A DNA stretch of 51,984 nt from NCBI GenBank assembly GCA_038143065.1, contig JAYQLI010000002.1, positions 1 to 51,984 of the forward strand, read 5' to 3'. How positions within the stretch are numbered: the stretch's first letter is position 1; the number at the start of each line of letters is the position of its first letter. The stretch is from Rhodospirillales bacterium (GTDB lineage Bacteria; Pseudomonadota; Alphaproteobacteria; Bin95). This document shows, in pieces, positions 1-12,032 of the stretch. Under the pieces are notes generated by a model, which was not told where the DNA came from, did not search any database, and was given only the letters and a program-made list of their open reading frames with translations. The position numbers were made by a program, and so were the translations under genes.

Positions 1-8
1 CAATCATA

Positions 9-1591
9 ATGGAGGAAAACATGAAAAAACTTAAATTGGCTTTTATCAGCGGAGCGTTGAGCCTAGTCGCATTCAGCGCTTCGGCTGAAACGTTTCGATG
101 GGCATCAAATACCGATCCTCAGACGATGGATCCCCATGCAGTGAACTCTGCTCCCGTCCTGTCTTTCTTGAACAATATCTATGAAGGCCTTGTGCGCCGG
201 AATCAGGGTATGTCAATCGAAGGCTCTTTAGCGCAATCGTGGGAGCCACTAAACGGTGAAAATGGCTGGCGGTTTAACCTGCGCAAAGGTGTGAAATTCC
301 AAGACGGATCGACGTTCAATTCTGAGGATGTCATGTTCTCCTATGAGCGTGCATCAAACGAAGCTGCGGATGTTCGCTCTTGGTTCGCGCCGGTGAAAGA
401 GGTTCGTGTTATTGATGATTATACCATCGATTTCGTTACGAAAAATCCAAACCCTTTGTTTCCCGATTCTATCGCGAACTTTATGATTCTAGACAAAGGC
501 TGGGCTGAGGCGAACGGGGCGGAGCTGCCTGCGCGTGACGCGGAAAACTTTGCGACGATGAATGTGAACGGCACAGGTCCATTCACATTGGCAAGCCGAG
601 ATCCTGGAGTCAAAACTGTTCTTGTTCCCAATGCGGGATGGTGGGGTGATGTAGAGCACAACATCACCGAAGCTGTGTTCACACCAATTGGTAATGCGGC
701 CACAGGACTTGCGGCTTTGCTATCGGGCGAGATCGATTTTATCCAGCCCATTCCCTTGCAGGATGTTGCGCAAGTCGAAAGTCGCGAAGGGTTCCGTGTT
801 CTTGAAGGCGAAGAAACACGCGTGATCATGTTTGGTTTTGGCCATGAACATGAAGAGCTTTTGTATTCGTCTGACGTCAGTGGGAAAAATCCATTTCAGG
901 ATGTACGTGTCCGTCTGGCCGCAGCGCATGCGATTGATATCGCGTCGATCGACAGAGTGCTGTTCAGAGGCAAAATTGACGGGGCGTCGCAATTGGTTCC
1001 GGCAGGAATTTCGGGTATTCAGAGGCCAATTCAACCCGTCCAGCATATGATCCTGAGCGCGCTAAAGTCCTACTGGCCGAAGCCGGTTATCCAGATGGAT
1101 TTAGCTTTGGCTAGAAATGCCCTAATGATCGCTACATTAACGATGAAGCCTTGTGCCGTGCTGCGGCGTCAATGTTTGCAGCGGTTGGCCTTAATGCCGA
1201 GCTCAGCACTGGCCCAGTTCGCGATTACTGGCCACAATTGCGTGAAGATGCGTTTGATATGTATTTGCTTGGCTGGTCACCTGGAACGTTTGATATGGAA
1301 CATCCAATCCGCTTCCTGTTGTCGACACCAAATTCTGAAAAGAAACTGGGATCATGGAACTTTGGTGGCTATTCAAACCAACGTGTTGACGCGCTGCTGC
1401 CGGGCATTCAGCAGGAAATTGACCCAGCTGCACGTCAGGCTATGGTCGATGAGGTCGTTGCGATCACACAGGAAGAGGTCGCCTATATCCCACTTTATAC
1501 GCAGCCCCTTATCTGGGCCTCGAAAGACAACATAAACTTGACACAACGTGCGGACAATTTCTTCATGTTGCGTTGGGTTACAATAAACTAA
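9..1591 (+). CDS. ABC transporter substrate-binding protein, dipeptide/oligopeptide family 5 (frameshift near 1020)
   Basis: Signal peptide, DPQTMDPH, LAQSWE..WRFNLRKGVKFQDG and NGTGPF motifs. The C-terminus continues in the 1151..1591 frame (YSNQRVDALL, YIPLY). Confidence 0.93.
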
Positions 1592-1614
1592 CCCAAGTTT
1601 AAGGCAAAAAGACG

Positions 1615-2609
1615 TTGGTATATTTTATCCTGAAACGGATCGTTCAATCCGTCTTTGTGATGGTGGCCGTCGCCTTTTTAGCTTTTTCCCTATTTCGTTT
1701 TGTCGGAGACCCCATCACGCAGATGACTGGGGTTGAAACCTCGGTGGAAGATCAGGAACGTCTGCGCGAGGAGCTGGGATTAAACGATCCATTTGTTTAC
1801 CAATTTGCACGTTTCACGCACGAGATGTTGCAGGGTGATTTTGGCTTCTCGTACCGGACCCGCCAACCTGTCGCAAACATGATCGCCGATCGTATTCCTG
1901 CAACGCTTGAACTGGGCGTCGTGGCTTTGATAATTTCTCTTTTGGTGGGCGTGCCCGCAGGCGTCTATACAGCGTTAAACTCCGCGGGGTTATGACCCAA
2001 ACTATTTTGATGACCACTCTGGTTGGCGTTTCGATCCCAACCTTTGTCATCGGCATCATGTTGATATTTATCTTTGGTGTGCAACTGGGTTGGCTGCCGA
2101 CTTTTGGGCGCGGTGGTACGGTTCATATTGGCAATTGGCAAAGTTCATTATTCACCATCGATGGATGGCGCGCACTGCTTTTACCTGCGATCACCCTTGG
2201 TGTTTATCAACTAACCCTCACCATGCGTCTGGTTCGCGCTGAGATGATGGAGGTGATGAGATCCGATTATATCCGTTTTGGTATGGCACGTGGTGTACCG
2301 ATGAGAAGCCTGTATTATAAACATGCCCTGAAGAATACACTGGTACCAGTGATCACCATTGTCGGACTGCAATTTGGTGGTGTCATCGCGTTTTCGATCG
2401 TAACAGAAAGCGTGTTTCAATGGCCCGGCCTGGGCTTGTTGTTTCTTGAATCAATCCGGTTCGTCGATATCCCCGTGATGGGCGTCTATCTTGTGGTGAT
2501 CGCGTTCTTCTTTGTCCTGGTGAACCTTGTGGTCGATCTGCTCTATGTTGCTATCGACCCACGTCTTCGCATTAGAGACGTTCATGACGGCTTTCCTGAA
2601 AAAATATGA
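1615..2609 (+). CDS. Peptide ABC transporter permease DppB/OppB family (frameshift near 1990)
   Basis: ELGLNDPFVYQF, GDFGFSY, RAEMMEVMRSDYIRFGMARG and ESVFQWPGLG motifs split over two ORFs. Confidence 0.92.
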
Positions 2610-3490
2610 AGGCCTATGGCTGTTCGTCCATTCCCCCGCGGCAATTATTGCCGCTGCGGTGGCTATAGTGATCATTTTTGGGGCGGTGTTCGCTTCTTGG
2701 ATCGCATTGGTAGACCCTTATGACCTTGCGTCCTTTAGCTTGTTTGACGGATTGTTGCCGCCTGTGTGGCAAGAAGGGTCCAACGCAAAATACCTGCTAG
2801 GCACTGACGATCAGGGCCGTGATATGATCTCGTCGATATTATATGGCGCGCGTGTCTCACTTGATTATCGGCTTATCCGCTCTTGCGATTGCGGCTTTTC
2901 TAGGTGTGGGACTTGGTCTTGCGGCCGGTTATTTTGGTGGACGATTTGATATCATTGTGATGCGAATTGCGGATGTGCAATTGGCATTGCCGGCTATCCT
3001 GACCGCCCTGTTGATTGACGGGATTGCGCGGGGGCTGTTACCACAATCCATCCAGCAAGATTTACGCGTTGCGGTTTTGACACTCGCCATTGCGATGTCA
3101 CTCTGGGTTAACTTCGCCCGCACAGCGCGTGCATCGACTTTTGTCGAGATGAACAAAGAATATGTGCATGCCGCAATTATGATGGGTCAACGCCCGTCGC
3201 GGGTGATGTTTGTTCATATCCTACCCAATATTCTTGGCCCGCTTTTGGTGATCATGACCGTTGATTTAGCCTCTGCGATTTTGCTTGAAGCAACCTTGTC
3301 TTTTCTTGGTATCGGACTGCCTGCCGATAGCCCCAGCCTTGGCACTTTGATCCGAATTGGCATGCAATTCCTTTTGTCGGGTGAATGGTGGATTTTATGG
3401 ATCCCCACGATGGTCCTTGTCGCCTTGGTGGTGTCCATCAACATTCTAGGTGATTTTCTGCGTGACATCTTTAACCCAAGGTTACGTTAG
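2584..3490 (+). CDS. Peptide ABC transporter permease DppC/OppC family (frameshift near 2860)
   Basis: LLGTDDQGRDMISSILYGARVSL, HILPN, EATLSFLGIG and DIFNPRLR motifs. Confidence 0.92.
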
Positions 3491-5171
3491 ATGCTGTCAA
3501 TCAAAGGCTTAACCGTAAAGTTTCCGTCCCGCTTTGGTGATTTTACCGCCATTGAAGATGTTCATATGACTATAAAGCCGGGTGAAATTCACGGGCTGGT
3601 CGGTGAAAGTGGTGCGGGCAAATCAACGGTTGGTGCCGCCGTAATTGGCCTGCTTCAATCCCCTGGTTACGTTGCGGGTGGAACGATATCATTGGACGAA
3701 ACCGATCTTCAGTCGCTCACATTTGCCCAAGCCCATGAAATCCGTGGCGATAGAATTTCGATGATCTTCCAGGATCCTCAAACTAGTTTGAATCCGTTGA
3801 TGACGATTGAGGATCAATTGATCGAAACGATCCAAGCTCATTCAGATGTCAGTGAAGCTGCCGCCCGAAAACAGGCTGTTGATTTGCTTGAAGAGATTGG
3901 AATTCAGGATGCGTCTGAGCGCATAAAAGCCTATCCTCATCAATTCTCTGGCGGTATGCGACAACGGGTTGTGATCGCGTTGGCGATCTGCACCGATCCC
4001 GATTTGATCATCGCAGATGAACCGACCACGGCCTTGGATGTTGCGGTGCAATCGCAAGTCCTAGACCTCATCCAACGCTTGGCCCAGAAACGCCAGATCG
4101 CATTTATGTTGATCACCCATGACATCGGCGTAATTGCCCAAGTGGCTGATCGTGTGACGGTTATGCGAAATGGCCACGTAATGGAATCGGTGAAACAGCG
4201 CAGGTTTTGGGAATGCCAAAAAATGCGTACACCTCTCTTTAATGCGTGCAGTGCCGCCACTCGATCGCAAAATTGATCGCTTTCACGTTCCCAAAGAAGA
4301 CGGCATAGCCTCGGCGCAGGGCAATATGGCAGAGCGCTGGCTGCTCGAGGGGCAACGGCATGATCTAACAGGGTTGAGCGTAGAAAACCTTACGGTGGCG
4401 TTTGAGGGGCCGCGCACATCCCTATTTCGCAAGCCGCCAACCTACGTTGCGCTGAATGATGTCTCATTGAACATTAAGCCTGGTTCGATCATGGGGTTGG
4501 TAGGGGAAAGTGGATCCGGCAAATCAACTTTGGCAAAAGTAATCACCGGCCTTGTGACGCCCCAAAAAGGAGTGATGAATTTGGGCGGTGCCGCACTGCC
4601 AGCGGGAAAATCCCGAAGCCGCCATCATCTGTCCAGACAATTGGTGCAAATGGTTTTCCAAGACCCCTATTCCAGTCTAAATTCTCGTCACCGTGTGGGT
4701 GATATTTTAGCCGAAACATTGTGGTTCTACGGTTTTATCAAGGACCCGACTGAACGTAAAAATATGGCGGCCTCGATGCTATCCTTGGTGGGGATGCCGC
4801 TGGATGCGATCACCAAATATCCGCACCAATTTTCGGGTGGTCAACGCCAACGCATTGCGGTCGCCAGAGCGTTGCTTGCACGCCCACGTTTCCTTATTTG
4901 CGACGAGCCAACCTCCGCGCTGGATGTGTCGATCCAGGCTGAGATCCTAAATTTGCTAAAGGATCTGCAAGCGAAGTTCGGACTAACGATCCTGTTCATC
5001 AGCCATAATCTTGCAGTGGTGCGGCAAATGGCGGATGACACCGCCGTTTTGCGAAATGGTAAGATTGAAGAGGTCAACAATACAGAGGCCCTCTATGAGA
5101 ACCCCCAGCACGAATATACGAAATCCCTGCTAGCGCAAACGCCGGTGATGCCGCCGTCTTGGGGCGCGTAA
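3491..5171 (+). CDS. Fused dual-domain peptide ABC ATPase (DppD/DppF type; frameshifts near 4190-4240)
   Basis: Two Walker A motifs (GESGAGKS, GESGSGKS), two FSGG signatures, DEPTTALD and DEPTSALD. Confidence 0.92.
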
Positions 5172-5175
5172 CCCA

Positions 5176-5787
5176 ATGATCAAATTGTACGGATATGACA
5201 CCATAAATACCCTAAAGATATTGATGTTCTTGTTTGAAACTGGATTGGATTTTGAATTTGTACCGATCAATATTCGGGAGGGGGCGCAACACACCGCTGA
5301 TTTTCGTGCGGTTAATCCAGCTGGAAAAGTGCCGGTGATCTTTGATGGTGATACCTACCAGACAGAATCAAATGCGATCCTTCTGATATGGGCTAGCAGA
5401 ACTGGCTGGGGGCTGGACGGAGATGGCCTGCAGGCTCAAGTGACAACGTGGTTGTTTTATCAGGCATCGACACAAGGGCCTTATTTCGGGCAAATCGAAT
5501 ATTGGGCCAGATTAACAAAAACGCCCAATTCAGCCGCGTCCGCTCATTACAGCGCTATCGCAAGCCGCGCTGTTGACTATCTCAATGAACAACTCAAAGA
5601 CAAAAAATATATCTGCGGGGATACATATACTATCGCTGATATTGCGCTTTTCCCTTGGTTGCGCATACATGACCACCTTGGCTTATCATTTGAAAATGCC
5701 AAAAACCTGTCACGCTGGCATGATGCTGTTCTGGAAAGAGACGGCACGCAGAAAGCGATTAGTTTTCTCAATGAGATTTCATCCTAG
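5176..5787 (+). CDS. Glutathione S-transferase family protein
   Basis: VNPAGKVPVI, ESNAIL and GDTYTIADIALFPW motifs. Confidence 0.92.
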   Translation: MIKLYGYDTINTLKILMFLFETGLDFEFVPINIREGAQHTADFRAVNPAGKVPVIFDGDTYQTESNAILLIWASRTGWGLDGDGLQAQVTTWLFYQASTQGPYFGQIEYWARLTKTPNSAASAHYSAIASRAVDYLNEQLKDKKYICGDTYTIADIALFPWLRIHDHLGLSFENAKNLSRWHDAVLERDGTQKAISFLNEISS

Positions 5788-5895
5788 GCCTATAGCGCAT
5801 TAGCAGATGGCTCAAGACTAAATAAAAAAGTCGTCATTTAATTTTTAAGGACAAAATGAATTTCTGCAGTAAGCTGGTTTGGGGACAAAAATATT

Positions 5896-7497
5896 ATGGT
5901 TTGGACTATGAACATATTATGGAGCCGATACTCAGCACTTCTATACACCGCAGCTTTGGGTACCATTTCTCTTTATTTCGCATCTAATAGTATCTGGGTT
6001 CAGTTAATCTGCTTCGCCTCATTTGGATTATTTTTCATAGGTTTGTATGATTTTTTCCAAAAGAGGCGACCAGTACTTGCAAATTTTCCGCTTATTGGCC
6101 GATTTAGGTTCTTCTTTGAGTCTATACGGCCAGAATTGCGCCAATATTTCTAGGAGTCGGACAATGACGAATTACCCTATTCAAGAAACCAAAGGTCGAT
6201 GGTCTATAAACGCTCAAAATCACTTCTAGCGGCTCGTCCTTTTGGCTCTGATGAAGATCAATATTCTGATGATTTTACATGGCTAAACCACTCCATTAAT
6301 CCATCGAAGATTACCGATGATGATTTCCGTGTTTTGGTTGGTTCCGGTCCGAATGCATATTCTGTTTCCGTTTTAAACATTTCTGGGACTAGCTTTGGCT
6401 CATTGTCCCCGAATGCAATACAAGCATTGTCTTCAGGTGCTAAGTCAGGTGGTTTCGCACACAATACGGGCGAGGGATCATTATCGAAATATCATGAACT
6501 GGGTGGTGCGGACACTATTTGGCAAATATCCACTGGGTACTTTGGCTGTCGAACGATTGAAGGGCGTTTTGATCCTGAAAAGTTTTCTGAAAAAGCAAAA
6601 CTAGACCAAGTAAAGATGATAGAAATCAAATTAAGCCAAGGAGCAAAACCCGGACATGGGGGGATGTTGCTTGCTCCAAAAGTGACCCCAGAGATAGCGG
6701 AGACACGAGGCGTTGAGGCTTATGCGGATGTTATATCACCACACAGTCACTCAGAATTCACAAGCCCCTTCGAATTACTTAAATTCGCTGAAAAGTTGCG
6801 CGATCTTTCTGGAGGTAAGCCAGTGGGTATCAAGCTTTGTATTGGTCACCCGTGGGAATTCATAGCTATTGTTAAAGCAATGGTCGAAACAGATATCTTT
6901 CTTGATTTTATTACGGTTGATGGCTCTGAAGGTGGGACTGGGGCTGCGCCAGTGGAGTTTACAGATCACCTAGGTTGTCCGCTCCGTGATGCCGTTGTGT
7001 TTGTAGACAACAGTTTAAAAGGCGCTGGGCTTAGAGATAGAGTAAAAATAGCTGCATCGGGTAAGTTAGTCAGTGCATATGATATAGTACGGATTTGTGC
7101 GCTTGGTGCCGACTGGTGTAATATGGCAAGACCGTTCATGTTTTCTTTGGGATGCATACAATCAAGAGATTGCTCTTCGGGTCATTGCCCAACAGGTGTA
7201 GCTACTATGGATAAAAATCGCTATCGCGCTTTAGATATAGAGTCTCGAGCCAAACGAGTGAATAACTTTCAGCGCAATACGCGATTTGCCATAAAAGAGC
7301 TGCTGGAGGCTGCTGGATTATCGCATACAACTGAATTAACGCGCCGGCATATTGTTAGGAGATTATCAGCGAGCCAAATCGTTTTGGCAGACCAAATTTA
7401 CCCTAAAGTTGCGGATGGTGCTTTGATACGCGGAGAGCATGTAGAAGATGCTCGCTTGTCATCGTACTGGAGTAGGGTTAGCGCAGCATCTTTTTAA
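5896..7497 (+). CDS. FMN-binding glutamate synthase family protein (in-frame TAG at 6151-6153 where Trp is expected)
   Basis: IRPELRQYF, HNTGEG, MIEIKLSQGAKPGHGG, DGSEGGTGAAP and CIQSRDCSSGHCPTG cysteine motif. The two ORFs are in frame across one stop. Confidence 0.9.
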
Positions 7498-7734
7498 CCC
7501 ACGTGAATTATAAAATCAGTTTTAACCTCACTGGTTTGGTTAAAATGTCCCAAAAATCCCATAAGTTATTGAATATAAATAATAAAAAGTTTTTTATCTC
7601 TTGAAGGGCATGCCAAGGCGTGCTAGTTATTTTTGTAGGAAAACATGACGCCCTAAAGATCGTGGTTAAGACGCTGCAGACGTGAAGACCTTTGTGACGC
7701 AATTTATCTGAAAACTTAACCGCAGGAGGCGGGT

Positions 7735-7905
7735 ATGAAATACATATCTCGCAGAGATGTATTAAATCAATTTGGCATTTCACTCAGAACTCTTGGCAGA
7801 TGGGAGCGTTACAGAAACTTCCCAGAAACAATACAAGCATCTGAAATTGTGAAAATTTACAACACAGCTGAAATCGATGACTGGCTGAAGACCCAAAGCT
7901 CTTAG
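7735..7905 (+). CDS. AlpA-family/excisionase-like HTH protein, 56 aa (absent from the ORF track)
   Basis: Hand translation MKYISRRDVLNQFGISLRTLGRWERYRNFPETIQASEIVKIYNTAEIDDWLKTQSS. AGGAGG RBS at 7724-7729. The G.S.RT..RW...FP and EID.W pattern is typical of AlpA/Xis. Confidence 0.8.
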   Translation: MKYISRRDVLNQFGISLRTLGRWERYRNFPETIQASEIVKIYNTAEIDDWLKTQSS

Positions 7906-7948
7906 TAAGTAATTCTATCCTCCACCGATAAATGAAAGGGCCATCCTC

Positions 7949-8242
7949 ATGGTGCCGCACGATATCTCTTTGCCTGATGCAAAGTTGCATATAGCAAAAT
8001 TAGCAAAGGCTTTTCCCGAGTTGACACACGATGCAAGACTTGAATTAAGGATGTTGAAATTCGATGGTGTAAAACCCCAGTCGAAAAGCCGAAGCTTTGA
8101 TCCGACGAATTTGTTAAGTGTGGATCAGGTGCTCAAGTTCGCGAAACAGTATAATGAAAACGGTTGGAATATATGTGGGCTTGAATCCCGTGGACTCCAA
8201 TCACCTACACCCCACTCAGCGATGAGCTCAGACTCTCTGTGA
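7949..8242 (+). pseudogene. Probable truncated N-terminus of a phage-satellite/plasmid primase-like protein
   Basis: Follows the AlpA gene. ELR...N..GWNI resembles RepB-type primase N-termini. The frame degenerates after about 8175. Confidence 0.4.
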
Positions 8243-8427
8243 CTCTGCGGCCGTTTGAGCTCAGGTCCAGACCCGTGTTCAGGCCTGTTTTAAAACCCGC
8301 CGGAACCGTAGTGATTATAGTAGTGGTTTTATTGCCTAATTGACGATTGGAAGGGTAATAGTACATATTGAAATCACAGGATAAATCAGCCCGGTTAGAT
8401 GAACATGGCGCCTGTTGGCGGAGCCAC

Positions 8428-8446
8428 AATCCGCCCCCGGGCACCA
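8428..8446 (+). mobile_element. att-like duplicated tRNA 3' end (tRNA-Phe-like) upstream of integrase
   Basis: AATCCGCCCCCGGGCACCA matches the T-arm 3' half, acceptor strand and CCA of alphaproteobacterial tRNA-Phe as recalled. No 5' half of a tRNA is present. It lies 240 bp upstream of an integrase. Confidence 0.65.
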
Positions 8447-8685
8447 TCTTTCAAAACGATATCAATGACTTAGTTTTACGCTATTAACGTTATGCGTGTA
8501 TATTTCAAAAACACACCAAACACACACTTTTTTGCGTGTTTGTAGGGCGCGATTGCAGGCTTAAACACTGTGTCTGGACCTAGTGAATGAACAGAGTCTT
8601 TGCCTCTTGGATTTCTCCTAATCAAAAACACACATTGGTAGACTTGTCGGTGTTGCGAGCCATATAATTTGGCAAGGAGATTGGC

Positions 8686-9923
8686 ATGCGACACTTGCGA
8701 GATGATACTGTGTTGATCTTGGACGGTGAAGTCCGTGTGTATCGTCACGAGCGCAGTAAAAGATGGCAGGCTGCATTTAGCATTGATGGTAAGCCCATAC
8801 GCATCAGCACTGGTAAGAAAGACCTCAATGAAGCTAAAGAAATCGCCCGCGATACCTATCTAGAATATAAGTTCAGACATAAGAATGATCTGCCTGTGAT
8901 CACTAAGAAGTTCGCAGATGTAGCGCGACTCGCGATTGCTGATATGCGCAAGCAATTAGACGCGGGCTTGGGCAAGAAAGTCTATGCTGATTACATCTTG
9001 TGCATCGAGCGATATCTCATTCCTTACTTTGGTTCACAATATGTAACCTCCGTTGATTATGAGAAGGTGCAAAGCTTCTATGAGTGGCGCAGAGCAAAGG
9101 TGGGCAGGAGCCCAAAGCAAGTACGCTCAACACACATAACTCTGCGATGAACCGCGTGTTTGATGAAGCTGTGGCACGGGGGGTTTCTGGCACATAAGAA
9201 CGTTCCAATGCTTGTGAACAAAGGTGAGAAGAGCGAACGGCGCCGACTTCTACGCGCGAAGAATATGCAACCATGATCCGCAAACTGCCGTACTGGATCA
9301 AACAGGGTAAGGCTGGCAAACCCACCGACATGCGATATCTCATGCGGGATTATGTGCTCATATTGGCTAACACGGGTATGCGCCATGGGACTGAAGCACT
9401 TAACCTAAATTGGAAACACATCACGCTGTTTGAGGAGAATGATCTTCAATACCTTGAAATGAGCGTGACAGGGAAAACGGGCAGGCGGGATATCATCTGC
9501 AGAAGCGGAACCATCAATTACCTCAAACGTATCCATGAGCGCGCGGACGATCTCAATCACATGAGCTTCGAGCAGCTCCTAAAAGAGCGCGTAGATCTGC
9601 CAGTATTTAGATTGCCCGATGGAACAGTGAGCAAGAACATACATCAGACCTTCCGTGCATTCATGAAAGAGAGCGAGCTGATCAAATGCCCACGCACAGG
9701 TCTCAACAGAACGCTCTACAGCCTGCGCCATACTTATGCGACATTTGCTTTGATAAACGATGGTATGGATATACATGCACTGGCCATACAGATGGGCACA
9801 AGCATTGGCATGATTGAACGCCACTACAGCCATCTCACGCCAAGGCTTAAGAAAGACATGCTCACGGGCAAACGATATGAACTCAGCAGAGATGAGTATC
9901 AGGAGATTGCCGAGGCTCAGTGA
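8686..9923 (+). CDS. Tyrosine recombinase/integrase (frameshifts near 9110 and 9250)
   Basis: ANTGMRHGTE (catalytic R), GKTGRR (K), LYSLRHTYAT (HxxR equivalent), MGTSIGMIERHY (catalytic Y). N-terminal arm-binding-like RISTG. Confidence 0.93.
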
Positions 9924-9935
9924 CATCCGTAAGTC

Positions 9936-10027
9936 AAAGCAGTCATTCGCTGCGGCAATCCCAAAGGTCTACTATGCGGACAAAGCGGGCATTTGCTGCA
10001 CAAAGTCAGATGTCCGAAAATGGGCTC
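9936..10027. repeat. Palindromic ~46-bp-period repeat, copy A
   Basis: AAAGCAGTCATTCGCTGC...AAGGTCTACTAT-GCGGAC-AAAGCGGGCATTTGCTGC...ATGTCCGAAAAT-GGGCTC. Same family as 12.9, 15.4, 25.6, 28.1 and 30.3 kb. Confidence 0.75.
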
Positions 10028-10108
10028 TACGTCGTTCCGCGTTCTATCAGTGTGTAGCCGACATCAATGACCTTTTTGGCTCTTGCCGCTTCAGGATCGA
10101 GAAGCGCC

Positions 10109-11032
10109 TTATCGAAGCCACCCCGATTTCCCGTCCGGGAATCTCAATCGTGGTGAGGTCAAACCCAGATGACATGGCCAATTCAAACCCCCAAATCCAG
10201 AAACGATGAGGCCACTTGGGACCTTCACACCACGTCTTCTTGCTTCACAAAGGACCCCGACCGCCACCTGATCACTCACGCACATTACGGCGTTTATGGC
10301 TGGATTTACGTTCAGGCATCCTTCAAAAACGGCAGCGCCTAGTTCGATCCCCGATGGCAAGTCTTGCTCTTCGCTAGGCCAGATGATCGGCGGCAATCTC
10401 GCATCAGTGAGTGCTGCGATGTACCCGTCAAGACGACGGCGCCACGGTCATCGCCCGGTTCATTTCCCCCTATAAAAGCGATGTTCTTTTTGCCTTTGCC
10501 AATCAGGTGATGCGCCATGTCATATCCCGCTTGAAAATTCGAAAACCAACCGCAATGTCTAAGGGCTGAGAGGGCAACTGCCAAATTTCGACAACGGGGA
10601 TATTCACAGATTTAAGGAGGTTTTTGACCCCAGATGAATGGGACGTACTTGTCAGTACAATACCATCCGACGGCGGGGCGAGAAGCGCGCGCAACGCATC
10701 TTCCTCCACAGTTGGATCATAATTGGTGCTTGTCAAAAAGCAGTTCATATCCTGCAGCGCGAAGAGTGCTCGACAAGCCATCCAAAGTTTGTGCGAATAC
10801 TGAGTCATTTACCGTGGATACGATCGCGCCAAAGACCCGGCTTTTTGTTCGATGAGAGGGCTCCGGCCGTGTTGTCGGGGACATATCCCAGTTGTTCAAT
10901 CGCCTTTTGAACCCGATTGCGTTTCGCTTCCGAAACTTTTTTCAGGGTGCGCAGAACCCGGGACACCGTAATCGTTCCCACACTGGCAAGATCTGCCACG
11001 TCTTTCATGGTAACCCACTTGCTTTTACCCAA
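10109..11032 (-). CDS. LacI-family transcriptional regulator (several frameshifts)
   Basis: TMKDVADLASVGTITVSRVL HTH, LGYVPD, and sugar-binding-domain fragments (AVMCVSDQVAVG) over four ORFs. Confidence 0.9.
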
Positions 11033-11070
11033 GCTGCTCCCCTTTGCTGTGTTGACGGCTTCAATTAACC

Positions 11071-11108
11071 TTGGTATCGATACCAAATCAAGAGTGGTAT
11101 CGATACCA
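11071..11108. promoter_or_regulatory. Two identical LacI-type operators
   Basis: Perfect palindromes TTGGTATCGATACCAA (11071-11086) and TGGTATCGATACCA (11095-11108) with central CG, between the divergent LacI and PhyH genes. Confidence 0.85.
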
Positions 11109-11125
11109 AAAGGGAGAAATCCAAG

Positions 11126-12017
11126 ATGCTTACAAGCGAACAGATCAGTGCATATTTTGAGAATGGTTATCTCCTCGTTGAAAATGTGGTGACGCCGGAA
11201 CAGCTTCAACGCATGCAGGAGATCACGCATGAATTCATAGATCGTTCAAAGCACGTCACAGCAAGCAATGACGTTTATGATCTGGACGAAGGGCATAACT
11301 CAGAAACGCCGAAGCTGACCCCGGATCAAACTGCCCCACAAACAGCATCCATTCTTTTGGGATGTCGTGAAGAATTCTGGGATTACAGAGGTCCTACGGC
11401 AACTGGTTGGACCCAATGCAGTTTTACAAACATCCAAGCTCAACGCAAAGGCGCCGGGCGGCGGGGCTGCTGTCGAGTAGCACCAGGACTGGGCATTCTA
11501 TCCTCATACCAACGACGACATGTTGGCCTTCGGTGTCTTTCTAGAGGACATCACGGAGGAAAATGGGCCGCTTCAGGTCATTCCGGGATCTCATAAAGGC
11601 CCGGTTTTGGATCACAATAGCGCTCAAGGTGTTTTTTGTGGAGCGGTGGACCCGACCGACCCGGATTTCCATATTGATCAAGCTGTCACGATAACCGGAA
11701 AGGCTGGAAGCATGTCCGTTCACCACGCGCGGACTTTGCATGGGTCCGCTCCGAATGTGTCAGATCGAGCGAGGCTGATGCTGTTTTATGAATGTTGCGC
11801 GGCGGATGCCTGGCCGCTTATGGGCGGCTCCGCCTATATCCAACGCTTATCACAGCAGGAACAGTGGAACGATTTTTTGGACAGAATGATCATTGGCGAC
11901 CCTGTACTACAACCGCGGATGAATGAGGCGCCCGTGCCGCCATACCCACCAGCAGCGGACGTAAGCTCGATTTTTAAAACTCCAAAGTCTGGTGGCGCCA
12001 AAAGCGCTTTTATTTGA
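11126..12017 (+). CDS. Phytanoyl-CoA dioxygenase (PhyH) family Fe(II)/2OG dioxygenase (frameshift plus one in-frame TAG)
   Basis: YFENGYLLVENV, (W)HQDW HxD motif, ENGPLQVIPGSHK and HHARTLHGS..N.SDRAR. Confidence 0.9.
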
Positions 12018-12032
12018 AGGAACCATCAAACT

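Noticed and set aside
6151-6153. TAG at conserved Trp positions (here and in PhyH VE*HQDW near 11478) as possible amber recoding
   Set aside because: Only two cases, each a single G-to-A change in an error-rich sequence. TAG is used as a normal stop elsewhere (e.g. 3490, 5787, 37953).
8380-8446. Complete tRNA or tmRNA gene
   Set aside because: Only the last ~19 nt are tRNA-like. There is no D arm, anticodon arm or matching 5' acceptor strand, so it is kept as an att fragment only.
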